Assembly (NCBI GenBank): GCA_964496475.1
Contig: CAZBZS010000002.1
Location: forward strand, 56,967-120,966
Length of the DNA stretch: 64,000 nt
Source: an uncultured Chloroflexota bacterium
GTDB taxonomy: Bacteria > Chloroflexota > UBA11872 > VXNJ01
Direction: 5' to 3'
The position numbers were made by a program, and so were the translations under genes. Below are positions 42,525 through 52,831 of this stretch, in pieces. The stretch's first letter is position 1, and each line of letters begins with the position of its first letter. The notes beneath the pieces are model-generated. The model worked only from the letters and a program-made list of their open reading frames with translations, was not told the origin of the DNA and ran no database searches.

Positions 42525-43245
42525 TCGCCTTTCTATTGCCGGTTCCGCGATCGCCGCCGCCGTTCTCTGGATCGCGTTCCTACTAGTGCCCGTGGATTGG
42601 TCGGTGTCGTCCGTACCCGCCGCCGGCAGCCTCATCAACATCGGGCCTGTTTCGTCCTACGTGATCCCTAGCCAGACCATCTTGCCTACCGAGCCGGTCG
42701 ACAAAGTCGCAGTACCTATCCGCGTGGGCGGGCCATTTGGTTCCAGCGTGCCGGTCCGTCTGCTCGTCCTCACAGAGCCTGGGGGCGATGAACTCGCCGC
42801 CACCGCCGCGGCCGCCGTCTCCATTCCCGCCGGATTCGACCTTGTCGTATTCGAGCTCGACAACCCCTTGCCGACCTCTCGCTGGGCCTACCTGGAATTC
42901 GAAATTCCGTTCGAAACACAGTGGCCGATATTAATCGGCGGCAGCAAGTCGGACTTGGTTGAGTTCCCGGGACAGCTATTCCTTCGAGGGCAGGCCGGCT
43001 GGCCGGACCAGGACATATTCCACCAGCTACTCCGCCGTCAGAATCTTGCTTCGCGAATTCCGGTGATCTGGTCGCAGCATCGTGCGACTCTCCTAGGATA
43101 CTTGGCTCTCCTCCTTCTCATCGCGGCGATTTCGGCAGGTCTGGGACTCGTTGTCGGGCGCCGGCGCCGCGTTCTGCAGTGGCCGCTGGCCCTTCTTCCG
43201 CTCCCAGTCACGGTTGTAACCTATTACTTCTACGCCCTGCTCTAG
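42517..43245 (+). CDS. Bitopic membrane protein, partner-family paralog C
   Basis: GTG start overlaps the upstream stop by 8 bp; INIGPVSSYVIPSQTI...PIRVGGPFG...AYLEFEIPFETQWPIL...GWPDQDIFHQLLRRQ. Confidence 0.6.
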   Translation: MTDRLSIAGSAIAAAVLWIAFLLVPVDWSVSSVPAAGSLINIGPVSSYVIPSQTILPTEPVDKVAVPIRVGGPFGSSVPVRLLVLTEPGGDELAATAAAAVSIPAGFDLVVFELDNPLPTSRWAYLEFEIPFETQWPILIGGSKSDLVEFPGQLFLRGQAGWPDQDIFHQLLRRQNLASRIPVIWSQHRATLLGYLALLLLIAAISAGLGLVVGRRRRVLQWPLALLPLPVTVVTYYFYALL

Positions 43246-43254
43246 TCGCCGGTC

Positions 43255-44295
43255 TCAGCCAGGTAGGAAGTCTGCAACCTCTACCGTCTGGCCCTTCTTC
43301 CCGGCCTCCGCCGCAGCAAACACCATCGCCATACTTTTCACATTGTCGTCCAGCACCGTCTCCGGAGGATCGCCCCCTTCCAGCCAGTCCAGGAAGTCGC
43401 CGATGATCTGCTGGTGACCGTACAGGCGGGTTTCGGGAATGGGCACGATCTCGTCAGGCTCGCCTACCCGGTGCAGCCGCATGACGTCATCGTTGTCAAT
43501 ACTCAAGGCTCCCGACTCACACTCGGCCCGATAGTGCTCCTGGTGCCAGGTATTCTGGTGTCCCGCGCCGGACAGATTGCCTTCGTACAGCGCCCGCGTA
43601 TCGTTGTCCATGGAACACAGATAGAGCCCGCCGGATAAGCCCGCAAAGCTGCCCCACGACGGATTCCAGCCAAGACCACCGATCGTCCGACAGTCTCCCC
43701 CGGCAAGGTTCCTGATCATGTCGAAGTGGTGAATCGAGGCGTCGATCACGAGCGGATCGTCCATCTCATGACGGAAGTCACTCAGACCTAACTTCGATCC
43801 CCACGATCCGAACACCCGATAGTCGGCCTGAAACCGCGCTATGAGGTACTGCAATCGTCCCAACCGTTCCGATCTCAGCACGTCACGAAATCCCAGCATG
43901 CGCGGTGTAAACCTGTAATTCTGTATGATCGCCATTTTTACGCTGGCCTTTTTAACCGCCTGCACGATCTCCGTCACCTCCGATAGCTTGTCGGAAATCG
44001 GTTTTTCCGAAAGGACCGGCAACCCTCGCTCCACCGCCTTCAGGATGGCTTCTCGGTGATGCCATGGAGGAACTGCGACCACGCAGAAATCAACGGCCGC
44101 GTCAGCGAACGCATCGTCCATGGTGCTGTAGCGCTCGCTTTCTGGCAGATTGAGAAAATCACCGGCCTCCCGCAGCACCTCCGGCACGATGTCGACGATC
44201 GCCGAGATTTGGAGACGATCTCGATGCACCGCCACGAACCGGCGAATCCACGCCCCACCTATGCCTCCGGCTCCAATCAGAAGGCACCGCATCAT
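43255..44295 (-). CDS. Gfo/Idh/MocA-family NAD(P)-dependent oxidoreductase
   Basis: 346 aa; N-terminal LLIGAGGIGGAW Rossmann; EKP motif (VLSEKPIS). Confidence 0.8.
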   Translation of the reverse strand: MMRCLLIGAGGIGGAWIRRFVAVHRDRLQISAIVDIVPEVLREAGDFLNLPESERYSTMDDAFADAAVDFCVVAVPPWHHREAILKAVERGLPVLSEKPISDKLSEVTEIVQAVKKASVKMAIIQNYRFTPRMLGFRDVLRSERLGRLQYLIARFQADYRVFGSWGSKLGLSDFRHEMDDPLVIDASIHHFDMIRNLAGGDCRTIGGLGWNPSWGSFAGLSGGLYLCSMDNDTRALYEGNLSGAGHQNTWHQEHYRAECESGALSIDNDDVMRLHRVGEPDEIVPIPETRLYGHQQIIGDFLDWLEGGDPPETVLDDNVKSMAMVFAAAEAGKKGQTVEVADFLPG

Positions 44296-44399
44296 TGCTC
44301 TGACCTCCAGGAGATTGCCGGCGGCGAGCTGATCTTTAACCGACGCTGCAAGAACATGATTGTCAACAGACTCTCCCTCGATGATCCTTTTGCCAAATT

Positions 44400-44744
44400 T
44401 TGGACCGTAGAAGAAATTCTGACGAGTCAGAGTGCGCGGTGACGTGTAGGGACAGGCTCTGGCTCAACGGTTTGGCAAGGATGCTGACCGGCTCAGATTT
44501 CTCGACCAAACAGAGGCATCCAGTGGCACCAAGGGCCGTTGCGAAGGAAAGCAAAGCCCCGTTGATCAAGCGTCTCCGGCAAGCGATCCGGGACGATAGC
44601 TACGTGATTCCGTCTCGCGAAATAACTGCTGAATTTGCACGGTCCTACTATGCTCGGAATCGGCATCTCTCCATAGTGCGACGGCCATTGCCGGTCAACC
44701 TGGAGAACCGCTTTCCGCTCGACCAGGCCGAGGCCGACGTCTAA
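44400..44744 (+). CDS. Possible FlgM-like anti-sigma-28 factor (start uncertain; alternative ATG at 44481)
   Basis: The C-terminal region LIKRLRQAIRDDSYVIPSREITAEFA matches the FlgM signature (B. subtilis [26 protein letters not shown]); it lies in a 690-bp otherwise non-coding gap. Confidence 0.35.
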   Translation: MDRRRNSDESECAVTCRDRLWLNGLARMLTGSDFSTKQRHPVAPRAVAKESKAPLIKRLRQAIRDDSYVIPSREITAEFARSYYARNRHLSIVRRPLPVNLENRFPLDQAEADV

Positions 44745-44984
44745 CCTTCTGGCGACCTGACAATTGTCGGGCTCGCTCCCGGGCAATCCCAGCTTAAGCT
44801 GCACACTCGGCGCTTTCGCTAATATGTGCATTGTTCGGTACGGCTCAAACAACGCCGAAGGCCAAAAGGCCGTTCCAGTTTCTAACGAGCGGTCCGAATG
44901 TCGGCGGTCTCTGGTCTCCACTCGGCCGATTAGACTGTACGGTCTTCTTTGTGACCCCTCGCGTTCCACCTCTGACTGGACCGT

Positions 44985-47762
44985 ATGTACCCGGAAATCA
45001 TTGCCGGCGCAATCAAGGTGGCCGTTGCCCTACTCGCGTTCCTGAGCTTCGTCGGCTACGGTCCGGCCCGCCTCATGCTGAACGGCCCCTGGGCCCCTTA
45101 TCGGCTGGTGAGCGCACCCGTTGTCGGCTGGATCATCGTGGTGCCGATTTCGTACCTGCTCAACGCGAATCTACTGGGTATGAACCCTATCTTTTGGATT
45201 CTCGTAGGAGTGGGCGTCATCGGCAATGTAGTCGCGTTCCGGTGGCGCGAGCGAATCGCGGCCGTCCCTCAGGATCGCCGTGTACTGCTGGCCGCCGGAT
45301 TAGGTCTCGGCCTTTTCCTAGTGGCCCTGATCCCCCACGCCAACGACTCCAGCCTAGGCCTTCTCGCGCTCAATGTGGACGAGGAACTGTACTGGCCATA
45401 TGCCGAGCACGTGAAATATTTCCCTTCCACCATGGAAGGCGCCGCGCACTCCCCCTTCGGTGATCTCTTTGTCGCGGCCGACTTCCGCTCCCGGGGGCAG
45501 GGCTTCCCTTACCTCCTCTCCCTCGCAAGCATCGTTTCCGGTACAACCACGTTCCTCGCCTACATGCCTCTCGTATACACGCTGCTCGCCCTCAGTGTCA
45601 TCTCCACATTCCTCTTCGCCCGCGTGGGCCTGAACCTCGGCGGACGTACTTCACTCTTGGCAACCGCGTTATATACCACCAATGGATTGCCGCTGTGGTT
45701 CAGCGGTATGGGCTTCGGTCCTCACATGGTCGCCTTCGCTCTATTGCCGCTAGCCCTGGCCGCGTTGACTGTCGCCCTGAATCACGGCCGGACCGGTCCA
45801 ATCCTCTTCGCCGGGCTTGTCGGCGCCGTCCTTCTCGTTTCGTATTTCTGGGCGATTAGCGCCGTATTCCTCGTGTCCGCAACGTTCCTGACGTTCGGTC
45901 TCATCGTTTTCCAACCCCACCGCATCTTGAGAGTCCGCAGGCTTTTCGCTTTCAGCATCGTCGCGCTCGCCGCCGGATCGGTCGGCTTCTTCTGGTTGCT
46001 TCGCTGGGTAATACCCAGACTACATACCGTCGCATCCGATCTGGATGCATCCTTTGGCAACGCCTGGGGTGATCTGTCATTTCCCCCCTTCCAACTTGCG
46101 CCGGGGCTACAGACTTACCACATGGTCTTCGACAGATCGGGGATCATGGCCGCGATACCGAGCTCCCTGTGGGGATTCCTGATTGCCCTTGAGCAACCCG
46201 TGTGGATCGCCCTCTTGCTCTTGGCCGGGTTCGCACTCCTGAGAATGTCCGGTAATCGACTCGCAGCCACCCTGTTGGCCGTCGGTTTTGCCCTCTTCAT
46301 GTTCTGGGTGCTGCGTATAGCTGCCTATCAATATGGTCACTTCAAGAACTTGTCCTACGTATCCTTTTTCGTTGACACGCTCATCGCCGCCGGTCTCGCG
46401 ACTCTCTGGGTTACCGCACGCCAGCGCTTCGCCGACCTCGTCCCGACCGCCACCTGGCGTCGATGGTCAAATGTGCTCTTGCGGACGGCCGTAGCTCTCA
46501 CTCTGGCGGCCCTGTTGACGCTTACGCTGCGCAATAGTCTGCACACCTTCCGCTGGTACTGGCTCGGATTTTCATGGAACATGCCGCACAGCGTTGTCGC
46601 TGACGTGCAGAGAGTGGCCGATCTCATTCCCGCGGGCGCCAACGTCGCCGTTTCCCCCGACGCGGAATACCCGCTAGCTCGCGAGTCCATCAAGTTCCGG
46701 CCGATCACGCTCGCTTTCCATTACGAAAATAACGCCGTCGAACGCTGGTCCCGCCGGCTCTGGGCCTTACTTGCCACAGAACTCCCCGGCCGCGATGTCT
46801 TTCTGCCCGCCGGAACCACCGCCTTCGCCACCAATCCGGAACTCATCCCTGAAAACCCCGATTTTCTCGTGCTGGGCCAGGACGAAGATCCGCGTCTGCA
46901 CGGACTTGTTCAGGCGGAGAACCTGACTCCCGGCGCTGTCGTCGGCCTCTATCGCGTCCCCGGTCCGAATATTCTTTCCGGTGAAGAATTGATCGCGGCG
47001 GCCGGCGGTCGAGGGCCTCTCATTTCCGGCCGTCCACTGACCATCAGAATCGCATCCGACGGCCTCTTCCCGGGTTCCCCCGAAACCGGCTCCGCCGACC
47101 CGTCCGTCCTCCGCCAGGTCCAGTTAGGAATCGCAAATGTATCCACCGTTCCGGTCACCGTTCAGATCGCCTCCGGCGGCCCCCGCACCTCACTTCGCCT
47201 CGAACCCGGCCTTAACTGGATCATCACCGACCCGATTACGACCGGTTCGACGTTCACCCTTGACCCGGCCGAATCTAACTCAGTAATTCCGATCGTCGCT
47301 CGGTCCCTGGAGCCCGCCCTGGGCGTTCCCGCTAGCGTCACCACCGATTCCCGCGCGATCGTTTGGGTTCAAGCGTTCTCACTCGGGGGCACTATAGAAG
47401 CCCGGCTAACGTTCATCCAGCCCGACGACAAAGGACGCAACGTAGGTGTCAGTTACCGTGAAGATATTTCTCGCGGATTCTGGGTAAGCGCCGTGACCCT
47501 GCCGGCGTCGAGCCATCAAATCGAGCTTCTATATTCTGTTCCCGAGCGTCGCCTGAACGAAACCGTGGACGGCGCGTATGAGAAAATCGGAGTCGCCCGG
47601 GAGGCTCCGGCGGACGGCCGCCGTAAATTCGACCTTGTCTTCGCCCACGGTCAGGAAACCGACCGTCGCCTGTCGCTTTTCGAATACCAGTTCTCGGATC
47701 AGATCGTCCGCCTCATCTGGACCCCCTCGATCCCATACGTTTTCACACTCCGGGATCGCTAG
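44985..47762 (+). CDS. Large polytopic membrane protein, GT-C-like (YfhO/PMT-like architecture) with a ~370-aa C-terminal extracytoplasmic domain
   Basis: 925 aa; about 14 TM helices in the first 550 aa; acidic loop motif NVDEELYWPYAEH similar to the DE motif of PMT/ArnT-type GT-C enzymes. Confidence 0.65.
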   Translation: MYPEIIAGAIKVAVALLAFLSFVGYGPARLMLNGPWAPYRLVSAPVVGWIIVVPISYLLNANLLGMNPIFWILVGVGVIGNVVAFRWRERIAAVPQDRRVLLAAGLGLGLFLVALIPHANDSSLGLLALNVDEELYWPYAEHVKYFPSTMEGAAHSPFGDLFVAADFRSRGQGFPYLLSLASIVSGTTTFLAYMPLVYTLLALSVISTFLFARVGLNLGGRTSLLATALYTTNGLPLWFSGMGFGPHMVAFALLPLALAALTVALNHGRTGPILFAGLVGAVLLVSYFWAISAVFLVSATFLTFGLIVFQPHRILRVRRLFAFSIVALAAGSVGFFWLLRWVIPRLHTVASDLDASFGNAWGDLSFPPFQLAPGLQTYHMVFDRSGIMAAIPSSLWGFLIALEQPVWIALLLLAGFALLRMSGNRLAATLLAVGFALFMFWVLRIAAYQYGHFKNLSYVSFFVDTLIAAGLATLWVTARQRFADLVPTATWRRWSNVLLRTAVALTLAALLTLTLRNSLHTFRWYWLGFSWNMPHSVVADVQRVADLIPAGANVAVSPDAEYPLARESIKFRPITLAFHYENNAVERWSRRLWALLATELPGRDVFLPAGTTAFATNPELIPENPDFLVLGQDEDPRLHGLVQAENLTPGAVVGLYRVPGPNILSGEELIAAAGGRGPLISGRPLTIRIASDGLFPGSPETGSADPSVLRQVQLGIANVSTVPVTVQIASGGPRTSLRLEPGLNWIITDPITTGSTFTLDPAESNSVIPIVARSLEPALGVPASVTTDSRAIVWVQAFSLGGTIEARLTFIQPDDKGRNVGVSYREDISRGFWVSAVTLPASSHQIELLYSVPERRLNETVDGAYEKIGVAREAPADGRRKFDLVFAHGQETDRRLSLFEYQFSDQIVRLIWTPSIPYVFTLRDR

Positions 47763-47773
47763 TTAGTCGGAGG

Positions 47774-48634
47774 CTACCGAAGGCCTATTTCAAGGCTTGC
47801 CATCGGCAATTCGCCCGGCAACAACACCACCAGACTCACCGCAACGAGCGCCAGAGTGATCGCCACCACATCAGTGGCCCTGACCGGCAATCTCAGCTTC
47901 CGGGCTGCTAGGAACGCGCCGCCGGCCAGCACCGCCATCCCGGATACCATCAGAATGGCCAGAGCGATGGCCAGCACCGCCCTTGCCTCGGATTGTGCCG
48001 CCTGGGCTGCGGTTGCCAGCCGATCCCAGATCGCCTCCACCCAGGCAAAGGGTCGGGGCGCGCTGGTCACTCGGAACTGCTTGAAATAAAGATCTTGGCC
48101 GTGAATCTCTTCGTCCAGATCGTAGTGGTTACCGAACGGGTACTCATCGGTCCGTACATACCGGAAAAACAGCCTATCGCTAGATGAGCTCAAGATCGCC
48201 TCGGTCCGTAAATAAAACGGCTTGCCGGCGGGGACCACATCCGGCTGAAACCTCAGACTGGCCTGCCAATCGTCCCGACTATCTCGAAACACGACGATTC
48301 CCGATGCGTAGGTATCGGAGGCGTCTGGGTCCGGTTTCAACTCGAATTTCACCCGGATCCAGCCCTGCGGAGCAACATCCGTAGTCAGTCTCAGATCGAT
48401 CCGGGCCAGCCCATCGCCGGGATTGAGCATGGTTTGGCCCTTTACCCCGGTCAACGTCTGCGTCTGGAGGAGGAGTATTTCGCGAGAGAACTCCGCCACC
48501 GGGATAAAGACCGGCCGCAACGCGAAATATGCGATCACCACCATGCTCGTCACCACCATCATCAGGCTAACGCTCACTCGAAGCACGTCGCCTCCGAATA
48601 CGCGACCGGCCCCTCTAGCCAAAAGCAACGACAT
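47774..48634 (-). CDS. Bitopic membrane protein, divergent partner-family paralog D
   Basis: N-terminal TM, ~170-aa domain (TGVKGQTMLNPGDGLARIDLRL...WIRVKFELKPDP...LFFRY) with the same motif order as the other partners, C-terminal TM; 20-bp overlap with the upstream gene. Confidence 0.5.
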   Translation of the reverse strand: MSLLLARGAGRVFGGDVLRVSVSLMMVVTSMVVIAYFALRPVFIPVAEFSREILLLQTQTLTGVKGQTMLNPGDGLARIDLRLTTDVAPQGWIRVKFELKPDPDASDTYASGIVVFRDSRDDWQASLRFQPDVVPAGKPFYLRTEAILSSSSDRLFFRYVRTDEYPFGNHYDLDEEIHGQDLYFKQFRVTSAPRPFAWVEAIWDRLATAAQAAQSEARAVLAIALAILMVSGMAVLAGGAFLAARKLRLPVRATDVVAITLALVAVSLVVLLPGELPMASLEIGLR

Positions 48635-49889
48635 CCGGAATTAAGACAAGGAGAAGGTAGACCAGGTTGCCCGCAACCATCAGCGGAATCGTCGCTGCCA
48701 CTACCGGGCCGGCTCGCGGGGTCAACGGCGCGAACGCCGACAGTCCTATAGCCAGCAGCGCCACGAAGGGCAGGAATTCTGGAAAGAGGTACCGACCGTG
48801 CAGCGCCATGTCCACCGAATGGCTGCTCCATAGGCTCAGCGCCAGTAGTCCGAAGAACAGCATCGCCATCGCGGCAGGCAACCAGTCGGAGTCGGCTCTT
48901 GATCGGCGATCGCGAACCCACCCGACCAACCTCGCCAGCAACCCTGCCAAACCCAGTGCCGCGAGCCCCGCGAGCAGGACATACGCCGCCGCCGGAAGCT
49001 TAAGCTTTACCATCCCGTATCCACCCCAGAACGTTGCAAAGTTCTCGCTCACCCAATCGGTTTCCGTCAGGAAGCTCCAGAGGCTATATCCGCGCTCTCG
49101 GTGCGAAATCGGAGCCCCGCCCGACGCGTCCACCGCCGCCTGCGTCGTCGCCACTCCGAGCGGGTCACCGTAAACGATGATCATCCTCACGTACCACCAC
49201 AGCGAAATCGCCAGGCCAATAACGGCCACGATCCCGACCACTCTCAGAATCCGACGCGGATATCGGCGCAACGCCCAAACGACCGTCAGGCCCGCCACTG
49301 GGAAGATCATGAATCCGGTGAATTTGTGAAGCGCCACCAGTCCCAGCGCCACACCCAGGAGCACCGATTCTCGAGTTCCGAAATCCGCCTGATACGCCCG
49401 TACCAGCGCATAGACGCCAAAGGTCGATGCCGCGATCGCCGGCGAATCATTGGTCACGTAGCTGAAGACAAGAGTGAACTGCGGGGTAGTCGCCATCACC
49501 GCCAGCGGCCACACCCGCATCAAGGCGCTAGCAGGAAACAGGCAGCGCAGTGTCAGGTAGGCCAATGTCAGCGTGATTGGAAATAAAGCCACATTCACCA
49601 GTCGGGCCAGGTGGTTGTCAAAAGCCACCTCACCCGATCCGAGCGCACCGAGCAAGAGCGCCGCCGGGACCGCCGACAGGTTGGGCGTAAGTTCATACGC
49701 AACCTGAGCCCTGATCGGCAGTCCGGCGAACGCACCCTCCGCATAGCCCGTAAAGAGCGGCCAGCCTCCCGTGTTCACCATTTCCTGGATCAGGCGAAAG
49801 TGATTTTCTTCGTCTGGTCCCCCGAAGATCGGGGGCCGAACAACCGACCAGATGAATGCGTTCGCCGTTGCGTACACAATCAGCGCCAC
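48615..49889 (-). CDS. PMT_2/ArnT-like GT-C glycosyltransferase (GT39/GT83-like)
   Basis: FGGPDEENHFRLIQEM DE motif in the first loop, about 11 TM helices; the ORF is open to 50168, but that leaves only 2 bp before the divergent selB, so the GTG at 49889 (RBS GAGGGT) is preferred. Confidence 0.6.
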   Translation of the reverse strand: MALIVYATANAFIWSVVRPPIFGGPDEENHFRLIQEMVNTGGWPLFTGYAEGAFAGLPIRAQVAYELTPNLSAVPAALLLGALGSGEVAFDNHLARLVNVALFPITLTLAYLTLRCLFPASALMRVWPLAVMATTPQFTLVFSYVTNDSPAIAASTFGVYALVRAYQADFGTRESVLLGVALGLVALHKFTGFMIFPVAGLTVVWALRRYPRRILRVVGIVAVIGLAISLWWYVRMIIVYGDPLGVATTQAAVDASGGAPISHRERGYSLWSFLTETDWVSENFATFWGGYGMVKLKLPAAAYVLLAGLAALGLAGLLARLVGWVRDRRSRADSDWLPAAMAMLFFGLLALSLWSSHSVDMALHGRYLFPEFLPFVALLAIGLSAFAPLTPRAGPVVAATIPLMVAGNLVYLLLVLIPDVVAFG

Positions 49890-50170
49890 GACTAGTAGAC
49901 CCTCGCCATGACGCTCGAGAAAATGCTGGCCCGATTCCCGTTTCAAACCCAATCCGCGTACTCCTTGGAGACGGTATACGGGGGAACCGCTTCTCGCCCG
50001 ATCGGTAAGACGCGCCGAGCCTACTACAAGCCGATCACCCCTCCGATCTTCCTGTCCACCATCCCTGCCACCATCTTTACCGGCCGTCAGCGACGCTTCA
50101 ATCCGTTGGCGCCATCCCCGGGGCACTAATATCTTCATTTCAGTTTCCAGCTTCGACGGGACACCCACCC

Positions 50171-52054
50171 TTGTTCACGATAGGTACCGCTGGGCACATC
50201 GACCACGGCAAATCCTCGCTCGTAGAGGCCCTCACCGGCGTCCATCCGGATCGCCTGCCTGAGGAAAAGCAGCGCGGCATGACCATCGACCTCGGCTTCG
50301 CCTCATTGACCTTGCCTCGGGGCGATTTGATCGGGATTGTGGACGTACCCGGGCACGAGCGCTTCGTCCGCAACATGGTCGCCGGCGTTGGCGGCATCGA
50401 CGCCGCCCTTCTGGTTGTGGCGGCAGACGAAGGCGTAATGCCCCAAACCCGCGAACATCTGGACATCATCGATTTGATGGGTATTGATCGCGGGGTGGTC
50501 GCACTTACAAAAGCCGATCTCATCGACGACGAAGACTGGATCGAGCTGGTAACCGCCGACATCCTTGAGCTGCTGGACCACACGTCGCTTCGAAACTCCA
50601 CCGTAGTCCCGGTCTCCGCCGTCCGCCGCCGGGGTCTGGACAAGCTACTTACCGAACTGGATTCCGCCTTGGCCGGGATCGACCGCCCCAATCTCTCAGG
50701 GGTCCCTCGACTACCGGTGGATCGCTCCTTCTCCATCCCTGGTTTTGGCACCGTAGTCACCGGCACTCTGCAGGATGGGTTCCTTGAAGTCGGAGCCGAA
50801 CTAGAAATTCTGCCCGCCGGTGGCCGAACTAGAGTGAGAGGTATCCAAATGCACGGTCAAAGTGTGGAGCGCGCCGAACCTGGCGCCCGCACCGCCGTTA
50901 ATCTTGCCGGTGTATCCGCACTCGATCTTCCTCGGGGAACGGTTCTCGCCCTTCCCGGAACTATGACCCCCACCCGTCTCATGGATGTCCAATTCCAAAT
51001 GTCGCCTCACGCACCGTTCTCCTTGCACAGCGGCAGGGACATAGCTTTCCACACGGGAACGTCTGAAGTACTAGCGGCCGTTCGCCTCCTGGAGAGCGAT
51101 GTCCTTTACGCGGGCCAGACCGGCTGGGCGCAAATGCGCGCTAGGGCTCCGCTGGTTGTGTGCCCCGGCGATCACTTCATCGTCCGGCAGTTATCTCCGG
51201 CCATCACTCTGGGCGGAGGAGTCGTGGTGGCGCCCCGCGCCGCCCGGATTCGCCGCCATGATCAACGAGCCATCCAACTGCTTGAGCGGCTCACCGGGGG
51301 CAGCACCGTTGATTTGTTGCTGGCCACGCTCGATCCCCACGGCAAACTCGACCGCGACGATCTCGCCCGGCGAGCGGATCTATCGGAGTCGGAGTTCTCC
51401 GACGCACTGGATTCGGCGCTCGCCGAGAAGCGGATCGTCGAAGTCGACTCAACACTTTTTGCTGTCGAGGAAGTGCATCGCCTTAGCGAGAAACTGCTCT
51501 CAACCCTTAAACAATTTCACGCCGCCAACCCGTTACGCCCAGGCATACCGCGGGAAGAGCTGAGAAACCAGCTTGGGCTTTCCACCGACAATTTCGTCGG
51601 CGTTATGCAACGATTTATCGATGAAGGTATCGCCAGCGGAGGAGACACCTTCATCGCCCTCCCAGAACACACACCTGCGCTCACTCCCGAAATAGAGGCC
51701 AACGTCCGATATTTACTCGGCCAACTCTCCGGTTCCGGCCTGGAGGTGCCCCCACTGCGAGACATTGCGGCCAGTCTAGGAATCGGGGACGAAGTGCTGC
51801 AGGCCCTGGAGGATGACGGGCGGCTGATTCGGGTGACCCCCAACATCGGTTATGAACGCGCCGCCTTCAACAGCCTTGTGGAGCAGGTCAAGACTCTTAT
51901 CGACGAACGCGGCCGGATCGATGTTGCCGGACTACGTGATCAGTTCGGCAGCAGTAGGAAATACTGCCTCGCGCTGCTCGAGCACCTGGACTCGACCGGC
52001 GTGACAAGACGGGTCGGCGACGACCGAGTGCTGCGAGCCCGCCGAAACGCCTAG
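50171..52054 (+). CDS. selB: Selenocysteine-specific translation elongation factor
   Basis: 627 aa; TAGHIDHGKSSLVEALTGVHPDRLPEEKQRGMTIDLGFA is near-identical in pattern to E. coli SelB; C-terminal winged-helix region ...SRKYCLALLEHLDSTGVTRRVGDDRVLR. Confidence 0.9.
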   Translation: MFTIGTAGHIDHGKSSLVEALTGVHPDRLPEEKQRGMTIDLGFASLTLPRGDLIGIVDVPGHERFVRNMVAGVGGIDAALLVVAADEGVMPQTREHLDIIDLMGIDRGVVALTKADLIDDEDWIELVTADILELLDHTSLRNSTVVPVSAVRRRGLDKLLTELDSALAGIDRPNLSGVPRLPVDRSFSIPGFGTVVTGTLQDGFLEVGAELEILPAGGRTRVRGIQMHGQSVERAEPGARTAVNLAGVSALDLPRGTVLALPGTMTPTRLMDVQFQMSPHAPFSLHSGRDIAFHTGTSEVLAAVRLLESDVLYAGQTGWAQMRARAPLVVCPGDHFIVRQLSPAITLGGGVVVAPRAARIRRHDQRAIQLLERLTGGSTVDLLLATLDPHGKLDRDDLARRADLSESEFSDALDSALAEKRIVEVDSTLFAVEEVHRLSEKLLSTLKQFHAANPLRPGIPREELRNQLGLSTDNFVGVMQRFIDEGIASGGDTFIALPEHTPALTPEIEANVRYLLGQLSGSGLEVPPLRDIAASLGIGDEVLQALEDDGRLIRVTPNIGYERAAFNSLVEQVKTLIDERGRIDVAGLRDQFGSSRKYCLALLEHLDSTGVTRRVGDDRVLRARRNA

Positions 52055-52093
52055 CCAAACCAGTGACCGGGATCCCATCTGAACGGCTTTCGA

Positions 52094-52831
52094 CTACCTG
52101 AAAAACGCGATTACAAATATCGTCCCCAGCGATACGGCCACCGTTAATAGCGTCGCGACCGAGGGCCGGACGCTCCGCAGCCTGCGGCTCCCAGCCTCCG
52201 CCATCGCCATGAATATCGTGAAGACTGTCATATGGAGCAAGACCAGTAGAAAAGCTCCGCTCACGAGCATTGCTGGATACAGGGACCACCATGTGATCAG
52301 CCTCTCCACCAACGACTGTCGGCGCAGGAGCTGAAACACTAGATCTTGGTCGGTGAATCCGGGCGCTCTTTCCATGTACAGCCGCCCCTCGGGGATTTGA
52401 TCCGCATGCGTCGCGAGCGTATAGGTCGGCCACTCCGCTGTAGGCGAAACTTCAATTTCGAAGTACAACGGCCCCGCAACAGCTATCGGCTTCTCAAAAT
52501 CGAAAGTGACCTGCTCCGTCTCCTTCGCGGTCGACTTAATGTTTACGGTCCCCGAGCGAATCCTTTGCAAGCCATTCTGTCCTTCGTATTCGATCCGGAT
52601 ACTTAGCAGATTTGTTTTCCCGAACGGCCCTCCGACCCGCACCGGTACGCTGATCTCGTCAAATGGCTCCGCCGACCGAAAAGTCTGCCCGGCGGGGACA
52701 TCCGCCGAAATTGGACCCATCCGAAAAGGCGAGCGGCCTGGGTCCGATAGGGGCCACGACACCGGTACCAGCGCGATTGCGAGCCAGACCGCCAATCCCA
52801 ACATAACCAACCCCACCTCACGATGGAGCAT
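52094..52831 (-). CDS. Bitopic membrane protein, partner-family paralog E
   Basis: 14-bp overlap with the upstream 693-aa gene; FRMGPISADVPAGQTF...VPVRVGGPFG...LYFEIEVSPTAEWPTY...GFTDQDLVFQLLRRQ. Confidence 0.6.
   Translation of the reverse strand: MLHREVGLVMLGLAVWLAIALVPVSWPLSDPGRSPFRMGPISADVPAGQTFRSAEPFDEISVPVRVGGPFGKTNLLSIRIEYEGQNGLQRIRSGTVNIKSTAKETEQVTFDFEKPIAVAGPLYFEIEVSPTAEWPTYTLATHADQIPEGRLYMERAPGFTDQDLVFQLLRRQSLVERLITWWSLYPAMLVSGAFLLVLLHMTVFTIFMAMAEAGSRRLRSVRPSVATLLTVAVSLGTIFVIAFFR

Noticed and set aside
49890-50170. Search for tRNA-Sec (selC) or another tRNA next to selB
   Set aside because: No T-loop (GGTTCGANTCC-like) or acceptor-stem pairing was found by eye in the 280-bp region or in other intergenic gaps. 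This cannot be excluded without tRNAscan.
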